Shown here piece after piece: positions 56,328 through 64,000 of a stretch of DNA of 64,000 nucleotides. The first letter of the stretch is position 1, and each line of letters opens with the position of its first letter. The DNA is from Sedimentisphaerales bacterium (GTDB lineage Bacteria; Planctomycetota; Phycisphaerae; Sedimentisphaerales; UBA12454): assembly GCA_016930635.1 (NCBI GenBank), contig JAFGGI010000015.1, positions 10,254 through 74,253 of the forward strand. The letters run 5' to 3'. The notes beneath the pieces are model-generated. The model did no database searches. It was not told where the DNA came from and saw nothing but the letters and a program-made list of their open reading frames with translations. The position numbers were made by a program, and so were the translations under genes.

Positions 56328-57680
56328 ATGTATGATGTCTTATTACCGATAAAGTTTTTCTTCAGACGCAGGATAACGATACTTGCCGTCCTTGCTGTTG
56401 CGCTGAGCGTCTTTATTGTTGTTGTGGTAATGACAGTAATGCACGGCCTTGTCCTGGATTTCAGAGAAAAGAACCACATCTTTTTTTCCGACTGTATCGT
56501 CTCTACGGATTCACTTGTTGGTTTCAGTCTCTATGAAGAGTTCATAACACAGCTCGAAAAAACAGATTTTCTGGAATCCGCTTCACCTGTGATTCATACA
56601 TTTGGTCTTGTCGAGGCAGAAACGTCAGGCAGGAACGCAGCTCTTGATCTTATGGGCATCGATATTGACAGGCACGTAAAGACGACCGGTTTTGCGGACA
56701 GTCTATATTATCGCTCTGATGAGCCGACCCTTGCATTTGAACCGGAATATGATGCGAATCGGCCGGGCTGTGTCGTTGGGATAGACCTGCTTGTGGACAG
56801 GCAAAGAACAGGGCAGTACAGTCAGTTAAGCTACCTGCCGATGTGGTCATATCTTATTACGTGTTTCCCATTAACGCCCAAAGGTACACTTGCCAAAGTG
56901 GGTACCGCATTGACGGCCAATTCGAGAACTTTCTATTACAGCGACAACTGCAACTCCGGCCTTGCGAAATTAGACGGCAGTGTTGTTTATCTTCCTTTTA
57001 ATGATCTGCAGTCGCTTTGCGGTATGGATACGCCCAGCCCCAGAGCCAATGCGGTATATATTAAATTCAAACAAGGCTGTGATATCGAGGCCTGTACGCA
57101 AAAAGTATCGGTATTATGGAAGGATTTCATAGGCCGGAAAAAGGATTTTCCCCTTGCGAATCTTTTTGATACCGTCAGCGTGCAGGACTGGAAGGCATAT
57201 CGCAGAGGAACAATTGCCCCGATGGAAAAAGAACAGACAATGCTTATTTTGCTCTTTGCTCTTGTAGGCCTGATTACGGTCTTTATTATCTTTGTGATTT
57301 TTTATATGATTATAAGCCGAAAAAGCAGAGATATCGGTATTTTGAAGAGTCTTGGCGTATCGAAGCTCGGCATTGTAAGGGTCTTTCTGCATCTGGCTTT
57401 TTTGATAGGTTTTCTCGGCAGCGTTATCGGGATTTTATCCGCCTTGCTGTTTTTGGTGAATATAAACTCGCTTGAAGGCTGGCTGTTTGATAAATTCGGC
57501 TTTCAGATGTGGAACAGGGAAATTTATGCTATCGGCGAAATACCGTACCAGGCGAAACCTTATCTTTTGGCAGCAGTCGGCATCTGTGCCGTTGCCGCTT
57601 GCCTGCTTGGTGCGTTATTACCGACGCTGAACGCAGTGAGAAAAAAATGTGTCGATGTACTGAGGGTGAACCAGTTATGA
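56328..57680 (+). CDS. LolC/E-type ABC permease
   Basis: VVVMTVMHG, YMIISRKSRDIGILKSLG, VDVLR. Confidence 0.88.
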   Translation: MYDVLLPIKFFFRRRITILAVLAVALSVFIVVVVMTVMHGLVLDFREKNHIFFSDCIVSTDSLVGFSLYEEFITQLEKTDFLESASPVIHTFGLVEAETSGRNAALDLMGIDIDRHVKTTGFADSLYYRSDEPTLAFEPEYDANRPGCVVGIDLLVDRQRTGQYSQLSYLPMWSYLITCFPLTPKGTLAKVGTALTANSRTFYYSDNCNSGLAKLDGSVVYLPFNDLQSLCGMDTPSPRANAVYIKFKQGCDIEACTQKVSVLWKDFIGRKKDFPLANLFDTVSVQDWKAYRRGTIAPMEKEQTMLILLFALVGLITVFIIFVIFYMIISRKSRDIGILKSLGVSKLGIVRVFLHLAFLIGFLGSVIGILSALLFLVNINSLEGWLFDKFGFQMWNREIYAIGEIPYQAKPYLLAAVGICAVAACLLGALLPTLNAVRKKCVDVLRVNQL

Positions 57681-58381
57681 CTTACAAAAATGATTATATA
57701 TTAAGCTGTAGGGATATTTATAAATCCTATCCGATGGGTGCTACTAAGCTTGAGGTGCTCAAAGGTGCGAATCTTTCTATTACCCGCGGAGAATTTGTCG
57801 CCATACGCGGCGCTTCCGGTAGCGGCAAGAGCACGCTGCTGCACATTCTCGGAGCCCTTGATATGCCCGACAGGGGCGACGTCTTTTTCGAGGGCAAAGA
57901 TATCGATAGTTTCTCAGCCAGGCAGGCCAATGAGTTTAGGAATAAAAAAATCGGTTTTGTATTTCAGTTCTATCATTTACTTGACGAATTAACAGTACTG
58001 GAAAATGTCCTTCTGGCAAGAATGGCGCACAGTTCGGCTGTGGACTGGCTGGCCTGCTCGGCACCAGCCAAAAGCCGTGCCCACCAGCTGCTCGGAGAAT
58101 TGGGGCTTTCTGAAAGAATCGCTCACAGGCCTTTTCAGCTTTCAGGCGGGGAAAGGCAGAGAGTTGCCATTGCCAGGGCACTGATGAATCAGCCGGATGT
58201 GATACTGGCTGATGAGCCGACCGGAAACCTTGACTCTCAGACAGGTTCTGGTATACTGGAGATCTTTGAGAAACTGCATAGCGTCAACCAGACGGTTGTG
58301 ATGGTAACGCATGACGAAAAGATTGCTGCCAGGGCTCAGCGGGTAATAAGGCTTGCTGACGGCAGAATTTTGACTACTTAA
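57677..58381 (+). CDS. lolD: LolD-type ABC ATP-binding protein
   Basis: GASGSGKSTLLH, GFVFQFYHLL, LSGGERQRVAIARAL, ADEPTGNLD; ATGA overlap with the permease. Confidence 0.9.
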   Translation: MTYKNDYILSCRDIYKSYPMGATKLEVLKGANLSITRGEFVAIRGASGSGKSTLLHILGALDMPDRGDVFFEGKDIDSFSARQANEFRNKKIGFVFQFYHLLDELTVLENVLLARMAHSSAVDWLACSAPAKSRAHQLLGELGLSERIAHRPFQLSGGERQRVAIARALMNQPDVILADEPTGNLDSQTGSGILEIFEKLHSVNQTVVMVTHDEKIAARAQRVIRLADGRILTT

Positions 58382-58396
58382 ATGTTCGGAGTTTTT

Positions 58397-59263
58397 ATGG
58401 GTTTGAAAGTGTGGATTAACGGCTCTCTCGTTGATCAGGCCGATGCGAAAATAAGCGTCTTCGACCATGGCCTGCTTTACGGAGACGGTGTTTTTGAGGG
58501 TATTCGTGTTTACAGCTCGAAGATATTCGAGCTTGATGCGCATCTGAGAAGATTATACGAATCGGCCAAGGTACTCAGGCTTGATATTGGTATGATGCAG
58601 AAAAAGCTTGCTGAAGAAACCGAAAAAACCGTCAAGGCAAATAATATAATTGACGGCTATATTCGTCTTGTTGTTACCCGCGGCGTTGGCGACCTGGGTC
58701 TTAATCCGTTCCTTTGTGAAAAGGCTCAGATAATTATTATCGCAGATAATATCCAGTTGTATCCTGAAGAGCTTTACGAAAACGGTGTTACGGTTATCAC
58801 TGCCTGTACGATTCGTAATCATCCTTTGGCGATACCGCCGCAGGTCAAGAGCCTGAATTATCTAAATAACATCCTGGCCAAGATAGAGGCGATAGATGCA
58901 GGCGTTCCTGAAGCGATTATGTTCAATCATGAAGGCTTCGTTGCAGAAGCCACCGGAGATAATGTATTTACCGTTCGCAACGGTATCATCTATACCCCGC
59001 CTATTCAGGCAGGCTCTCTCGAGGGTATCACCAGGGGTGTTGTTATGCGTATTGCCGGAGAAGAAGGGATCGAGGTTGTCGAAAAGAACCTTACCCGGTT
59101 CGATCTTTACATTGCTGAGGAATTGTTCCTTACCGGTACCGCCGCCGAGGTTGTCGGCATAGTTGAGATTGACGGCAGGCAGATTGCTGACGGCAAACCC
59201 GGCGAAATTACCAAACGTCTGAGCAAAAAGTTCTTCGATTATGCCCACGGCCGGTCAAAATAA
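58397..59263 (+). CDS. ilvE: Branched-chain amino acid aminotransferase
   Basis: DHGLLYGDGVFEGIR, YIRLVVTRG, KSLNYLNNI, LEGITR, FLTGTAAE. Confidence 0.95.
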   Translation: MGLKVWINGSLVDQADAKISVFDHGLLYGDGVFEGIRVYSSKIFELDAHLRRLYESAKVLRLDIGMMQKKLAEETEKTVKANNIIDGYIRLVVTRGVGDLGLNPFLCEKAQIIIIADNIQLYPEELYENGVTVITACTIRNHPLAIPPQVKSLNYLNNILAKIEAIDAGVPEAIMFNHEGFVAEATGDNVFTVRNGIIYTPPIQAGSLEGITRGVVMRIAGEEGIEVVEKNLTRFDLYIAEELFLTGTAAEVVGIVEIDGRQIADGKPGEITKRLSKKFFDYAHGRSK

Positions 59264-59264
59264 A

Positions 59265-60236
59265 ATGTCCGCCGAAGGTTCTGCCTGTTGCCTGCTGATA
59301 TCTGGTGAGCTTGCTCGGACAGGCGAGTTCTTCCGGGACCAGCTCATCTGCTGTGATGACAGGTTAAATCATTTTATAGATTACCTCAAAGATAGGCACG
59401 GCAAAATGCTCCGCGCTTCTTTCGTTCTGTTAACCGGTAAATTGTTCGGCGATGTAACACCGCTGCATATCAAACTTGCAGCCATTGCCGAGATGATACA
59501 TTCTGCAACACTCTTGCACGATGATGTTATAGATCACGGCACACAGAGACGGTACCATGCGACAGCGAATAATCTCTGGGGCCCCGACTCTGCTGTTTTG
59601 ATGGGTGATTTTTTATTAGCCCGGGCCTTCGTAGCTATAGCGTCTTTGCAAAGAGATGACATTGCCCGGCTTATTGCCGAGACTACCGCAAAAATATGTC
59701 AGGGTGAAATGCTTCATAATACCTGCCGGGGAGATTTTAACATCAGCATGGAAGAGTATCTTGAAATAATTGAAAGTAAAACCGCCGTTTTTTTTGCTGA
59801 TTGCTGCCGGCTCGGTGCGATAGCATCACAAGCTGATGAGCAGTCTGTTGAGCGGCTTTATGAGTTCGGCCTGAACTTCGGTCTGGCCTTTCAGATTAAC
59901 GATGACCTTATCGATATCCTCGGCGCAGAAAACCAGACAGGCAAAACCGCCGGCAGGGACTTCTTTACCAGGACTCCGACACTGCCTGCTATTCATGCCC
60001 TCCGAACCCTTAGTTCGTCAGATCGAGATGAGCTTGTTGAGGTATTTAACAGTAACCAGGCAGATATCGATCACCTTATATCGATCCTGCACAGTTCAAA
60101 GAGCATTGAATTTGCGAAATCTGCCGCACAGCAGTACCAGCAAAAAGCCTTAGCTGCCCTTGAGCACTTCAATTCTCATCCCGCCGCAGCAGAACTGAGG
60201 AATCTTGTTTTTTCCGCAGCAAAAACAGCAGTTTGA
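59265..60236 (+). CDS. Polyprenyl diphosphate synthase (IspB-like)
   Basis: GKMLR, LLHDDVID..RR, GDFL, KTA, FQINDDLID, GKTAGRD. Confidence 0.92.
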   Translation: MSAEGSACCLLISGELARTGEFFRDQLICCDDRLNHFIDYLKDRHGKMLRASFVLLTGKLFGDVTPLHIKLAAIAEMIHSATLLHDDVIDHGTQRRYHATANNLWGPDSAVLMGDFLLARAFVAIASLQRDDIARLIAETTAKICQGEMLHNTCRGDFNISMEEYLEIIESKTAVFFADCCRLGAIASQADEQSVERLYEFGLNFGLAFQINDDLIDILGAENQTGKTAGRDFFTRTPTLPAIHALRTLSSSDRDELVEVFNSNQADIDHLISILHSSKSIEFAKSAAQQYQQKALAALEHFNSHPAAAELRNLVFSAAKTAV

Positions 60237-60338
60237 CAGCTTTACTGCTTTACAAAATCATTTTCCATTCCTGATTTTACTTTACGCCGGTCGGATTGTG
60301 TGTAAAAATGATACCGAACTTTTTTGGAGGTCTAAAAA

Positions 60339-61733
60339 ATGGAGAACAAATCTTTTAGTCTGATCCTGATAATGTTTATCGTCTGTGCTGCAGTCTCTAT
60401 GGCTAAAGAACCCGCAGACAATACAGATACAGGTATGGGCGTAACCGTTTACAATGCCAACTTTGCTGTTATTAAAGAGCAGCGTCAGATGGACTTTAAA
60501 AAAGGTCTTAACACCATAAGCTTCACCGATGTCGCATCTTCAATAGAACCGCCGAGTGTAAGTTTTAAATGTCTAAGTACTCCCGGCAGCGTCACTATTC
60601 TTGAACAGAATTACGAATATGACCTTGTTAATACCCAGAGCCTGCTTAAACGCTATCTTGATAAAGATGTCTATGTTTCAATCAAGGGCAGCGGTGCAGA
60701 TGAAGGTACCCAGATCGTAGGCCAGCTTATGGCCGCCAGGGGCAGCGACCTTATACTCAAAACCAGTAACCAGACAAAAATAATTTCAAATGACAGTATT
60801 GAAAATATCTCCCTTGCCCAGATTGGTGAAGATCTGGTTACTAAACCTACACTCGTCTGGCTTGTCCGATCTGAATCGGCCGGCAGCCAGCAATGCCATG
60901 TTACTTATACCACCGGCAATATAGGCTGGAACGCAGACTATACCGCAATTCTTAGTGCCGATGAAACTGCTCTCGATATCAGCGGCTGGGTCACCATTAA
61001 TAATCAAAGCGGTGCGACATATAAAGATGCGAAGATTAAATTAATTGCCGGCGATGTAAGAAAAGTTGAAGAACGCAAGGCCAGAAAAATGATAGATTAT
61101 GCTATGGTAGCAGGCGCCGGCGATGCAGCATTTGAAGAGAAAGCATTTATGGAATATCATCTCTATACGCTTTCTCGGCCGAGTACTATAAACAACAACC
61201 AGACCAAGCAGATTGAATTTATCACACCCGCTCTTAATGTCCCTGCCGAGAAACTGTATATTTACGAAAGAAGTCAAAAACCCGACAAAGTGCAGGTAAA
61301 GTTCGAGTTCGACAATAAAGAGCAAAATGGATTGGGCATTGCTTTACCAAAAGGCAAGGTTCGCGTCTTCAAACGAGACACTGATGATATGCTTGAATTT
61401 GTCGGTGAAGATTTGATAGACCACACACCGAAGAACGAAAAAATATCTTTATATATCGGTGATGCCTTTGATATTGCCGTCGAATATAAAATGCTTGAAA
61501 ATACACCTTCCAGGCGCAGCAGATACCAGAAACACTCCATAGAATTGCGCAACCGCAAAGACGAGCCGGTAACAGTTTTTGTTGACGAAAAGTTTTCATT
61601 ATGGGGAAGGTGGAAAATCGAACAATCGAGTCATCCTTATACAAAAAAGGATGCTTCTACCGCTCGTTTCAAAGTCAAAATAATGCCTGATAAAACTGAA
61701 ACTATCGAATATTCCGTAACAGAACGATGGTAG
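60339..61733 (+). CDS. DUF4139-domain exported protein
   Basis: Signal peptide, VTVYN..A.IKE.R, LEQNYEYDL, KPTLVW, W.ADY, EYHLY, LG..LPKG.VR, GED.IDHTP. Confidence 0.85.
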   Translation: MENKSFSLILIMFIVCAAVSMAKEPADNTDTGMGVTVYNANFAVIKEQRQMDFKKGLNTISFTDVASSIEPPSVSFKCLSTPGSVTILEQNYEYDLVNTQSLLKRYLDKDVYVSIKGSGADEGTQIVGQLMAARGSDLILKTSNQTKIISNDSIENISLAQIGEDLVTKPTLVWLVRSESAGSQQCHVTYTTGNIGWNADYTAILSADETALDISGWVTINNQSGATYKDAKIKLIAGDVRKVEERKARKMIDYAMVAGAGDAAFEEKAFMEYHLYTLSRPSTINNNQTKQIEFITPALNVPAEKLYIYERSQKPDKVQVKFEFDNKEQNGLGIALPKGKVRVFKRDTDDMLEFVGEDLIDHTPKNEKISLYIGDAFDIAVEYKMLENTPSRRSRYQKHSIELRNRKDEPVTVFVDEKFSLWGRWKIEQSSHPYTKKDASTARFKVKIMPDKTETIEYSVTERW

Positions 61734-61747
61734 AATAACTAATATAC

Positions 61748-61790
61748 AAAAGCAGCCCGCGTTTAATGTCTTAAGTGCGGGCCGTTTTTT
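61748..61790. terminator. Probable bidirectional terminator
   Basis: aaaagcagcccgc...gcgggccgtttttt between convergent genes. Confidence 0.65.
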
Positions 61791-61796
61791 GTCTGA

Positions 61797-63206
61797 TTAA
61801 TTTGATTTAAACATCATCCTTGCCTGACCGACAAGGTAGAAACTGCCGGTTATACAGATGAGGTCTTCCTTGCCGATAGCATTTGATGCAATTCTCAAAG
61901 CTTCTCTGATGCTCATTGCTGTCTGACACATCTTGCCGCAGATTTCGGTGTACATATCAGCCAGGTCCTGCGGATATACGGCTTTTGGTGAATTACTTCG
62001 GGTAAATATCACCTTGTCGGCCCCATACTGAAGCTGTTCGAGCATGCCGTGCACATCCTTATCCTGACCGCAGCCGAAGATAACCACCATTGAGTCATAA
62101 GGCACATGTTGTCCAATTGCCTGTACCAAAGCTCTGATACTTGCCGCATTATGTGCTGCATCTATCAATATACGCGGGTCTTCATGGACGATCTCCATTC
62201 TGCCCAGCATTTTAATATCTTTCAGGCCTTCGGTAGCCTTTGCATCGTCAATTTCATATCCGCCGGCCTTTAACATATCCAGCATTGCTATAGCCAGACC
62301 GCAATTTAGAGCCTGGTGTTCACCCGGCAGGGGCACCCTTAAGTGTTCGAATCTGCTCGTCGGCGTTGTCAGGCATATTCGTGTATGAGGTCCATGTTCA
62401 CGTGACGACTCGAATCTGTATGAAAAATCTATATCCTTGCCCGTTACTAAAAACGGTGACTTTGCCGCCGCCGCAGCCTTTTTAAGCTCTTTCATAACGA
62501 CCGGTTCCTGGGGAACGCTTACGACCGGAATACCTTTCTTTATTACACCGGCTTTTTCCTTTGCTATGCTGTCGATAGTATTGCCCAAAAGATTCTGGTG
62601 GTCTATGCTTATACTGGTCATTCCGACAACCGCCGGTTCTATCACATTTGTACTGTCTAATCTGCCGCCCAGACCGGTTTCAATAACAGCTATATCGACT
62701 TCCTTATCAACGAAGTGCATAAAAGCCATCGCCGTGAAAAGCTCGAAGAAAGTAGGATTGTTATCCTTAGCCATCTTTTCGACGGGTGTGTAAATCCGAT
62801 TGATCAGTCCGAGCAGCTCCGAATCAGTGATCTTTTTGCCGTTAACTGCTATCCGCTCATGCAGATCCACTACGTGCGGCGAAGTATATAAACCTACAGT
62901 ATATTTATTAGCCTCCAGCATCCGGGCAAGCATTGTAGCTGTTGAACCCTTACCCTTGGTGCCGGCTATATGAGCCGTGGCCAGCTTTTTATGCGGATTG
63001 CCCAGCAGCGAGAGCAGTTTTTCCATCCGCTCAAGGCTAAAGGTCGTTACATTATAGCGCAGCCGACTCTGCTTCTCGTAGTCGGTTCGGCTGAACAAAT
63101 ATTCAAGACCCTGCTTGATTGTCTTGAACTGCTTGGCAGACTTCGATTTACCGACTTTCGGGGAAGTCTTACGTGTTTTTTTAGTTGTCGCTGTTCGCGC
63201 AGTCAT
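61797..63206 (-). CDS. folC: Folylpolyglutamate/dihydrofolate synthase
   Basis: HIAGTKGKGST, YTSPH, TFFE, ETGLGGRLDSTN, IAKEKAG, DAAHN, ITGSFYLVG. Confidence 0.95.
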   Translation of the reverse strand: MTARTATTKKTRKTSPKVGKSKSAKQFKTIKQGLEYLFSRTDYEKQSRLRYNVTTFSLERMEKLLSLLGNPHKKLATAHIAGTKGKGSTATMLARMLEANKYTVGLYTSPHVVDLHERIAVNGKKITDSELLGLINRIYTPVEKMAKDNNPTFFELFTAMAFMHFVDKEVDIAVIETGLGGRLDSTNVIEPAVVGMTSISIDHQNLLGNTIDSIAKEKAGVIKKGIPVVSVPQEPVVMKELKKAAAAAKSPFLVTGKDIDFSYRFESSREHGPHTRICLTTPTSRFEHLRVPLPGEHQALNCGLAIAMLDMLKAGGYEIDDAKATEGLKDIKMLGRMEIVHEDPRILIDAAHNAASIRALVQAIGQHVPYDSMVVIFGCGQDKDVHGMLEQLQYGADKVIFTRSNSPKAVYPQDLADMYTEICGKMCQTAMSIREALRIASNAIGKEDLICITGSFYLVGQARMMFKSN

Positions 63207-63502
63207 AGCCCCACAAGATAGCAAGAAAAAACCTTAAAGTCAATATAATACATTTTTTTGCTCAATAACGGAACACAATGAGCCTTTATATCCTGTTTTA
63301 CAATCCCTTTTTGAACAAGGAGTTATATTCTTATAGAACATCAAAAATTGTCCAATAAATTTGCATAATATTTAAGACTATAAAAGTCCACATTTTACAA
63401 TAAAACTGTTATTTTTTGTACAATCACCCGATTTCTATGTTGCTTTTGTTGCAATAGTGGATAAAAACGTAACAAAATTCCCTTCGTTTTCGTGAGACAA
63501 TA

Positions 63503-64000
63503 TTGAAAGGTAACTCCAAAGATATACGCAATTGGCTTAGGCTTGTTCGGGCTCAAGGTCTGGGACCGGTGATTTTCACCAGACTTTTAAAACATTTCGG
63601 CTCGGTTGATACCATTTTAGACGCTTCAGCCGCCGCACTTGCCAAAGTTGAGGGCATCGGCAGCGTAAAGGCTGAATCGATTTGCCGAACGAGGAATAAA
63701 TTTGACCCTGACAGGGAAATTGCCCTGGCTCAGAAGCTTGATGTTTGCATTATAACCATTGCCGACGATAGATATCCGACGGTATTGAAAAAGATATATG
63801 ACCCGCCGCCGGTACTTTATATTAAAGGCGAATTGAAACGAGCGGACAATCTTGCTGTTGCGATTGTCGGGTCTCGCAGGTGCAGTCATTATGGCGCAGA
63901 ACAGGCCAGCCGTTTTGCTTACCTGCTTGCTTCTGCCGGATTTACTATAGTATCCGGAATGGCAAGGGGTATCGATACCGCCGCACACAGCGGCGCATTA
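63503..64000 (+). CDS. dprA: DNA-processing protein DprA, partial (runs off window end)
   Basis: Manual translation from TTG 63503: ..GLGP..YP..LKKIYDPPPVLYIKG..AVAIVGSRRCSHYG..IVSGMARGIDTAAHSGAL. Confidence 0.93.
   Translation, partial: MKGNSKDIRNWLRLVRAQGLGPVIFTRLLKHFGSVDTILDASAAALAKVEGIGSVKAESICRTRNKFDPDREIALAQKLDVCIITIADDRYPTVLKKIYDPPPVLYIKGELKRADNLAVAIVGSRRCSHYGAEQASRFAYLLASAGFTIVSGMARGIDTAAHSGAL

Noticed and set aside
57509-57676. Cys-rich N-terminal extension of LolD
   Set aside because: Out-of-frame overlap with the permease; the ATGA-coupled start at 57677 fits the family

Overview
Bacterial chromosomal window, most likely Planctomycetota class Phycisphaerae (Sedimentisphaerales-like anaerobe). 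This is inferred from DUF2617, a prepilin/H-X9-DG-type protein, a very long LptD, membrane-anchored GspE-like ATPases and the lysS-lolE-lolD-ilvE gene order. Housekeeping content: hypFCDEAB plus partial lysA, nupC, rnpA-yidD, three tandem CBS-domain cation:proton antiporters, pckG, aconitase, hisD, lptD, fba, S41 protease, lysS, lolCDE-type genes, ilvE, a polyprenyl synthase, folC and partial dprA. An accessory + strand block (about 17.2-29.9 kb) holds an MNT-HEPN toxin-antitoxin pair, a MarR locus into which orphan genes appear inserted between duplicated 5' ends, and a lipid cluster. That cluster ends in plsY translationally coupled to an N-acyl-synthase/PLP-aminotransferase fusion, the best candidate here for an undescribed system (putative N,O-diacyl-serinol phospholipid pathway). 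At least seven families of short palindromic or periodic elements occur without any transposase. Several show target duplications whose removal restores a gene end, a signal peptide or operon spacing. No rRNA, tRNA or CRISPR array was recognised. All calls are by eye and from motif recall; no database searches were run.
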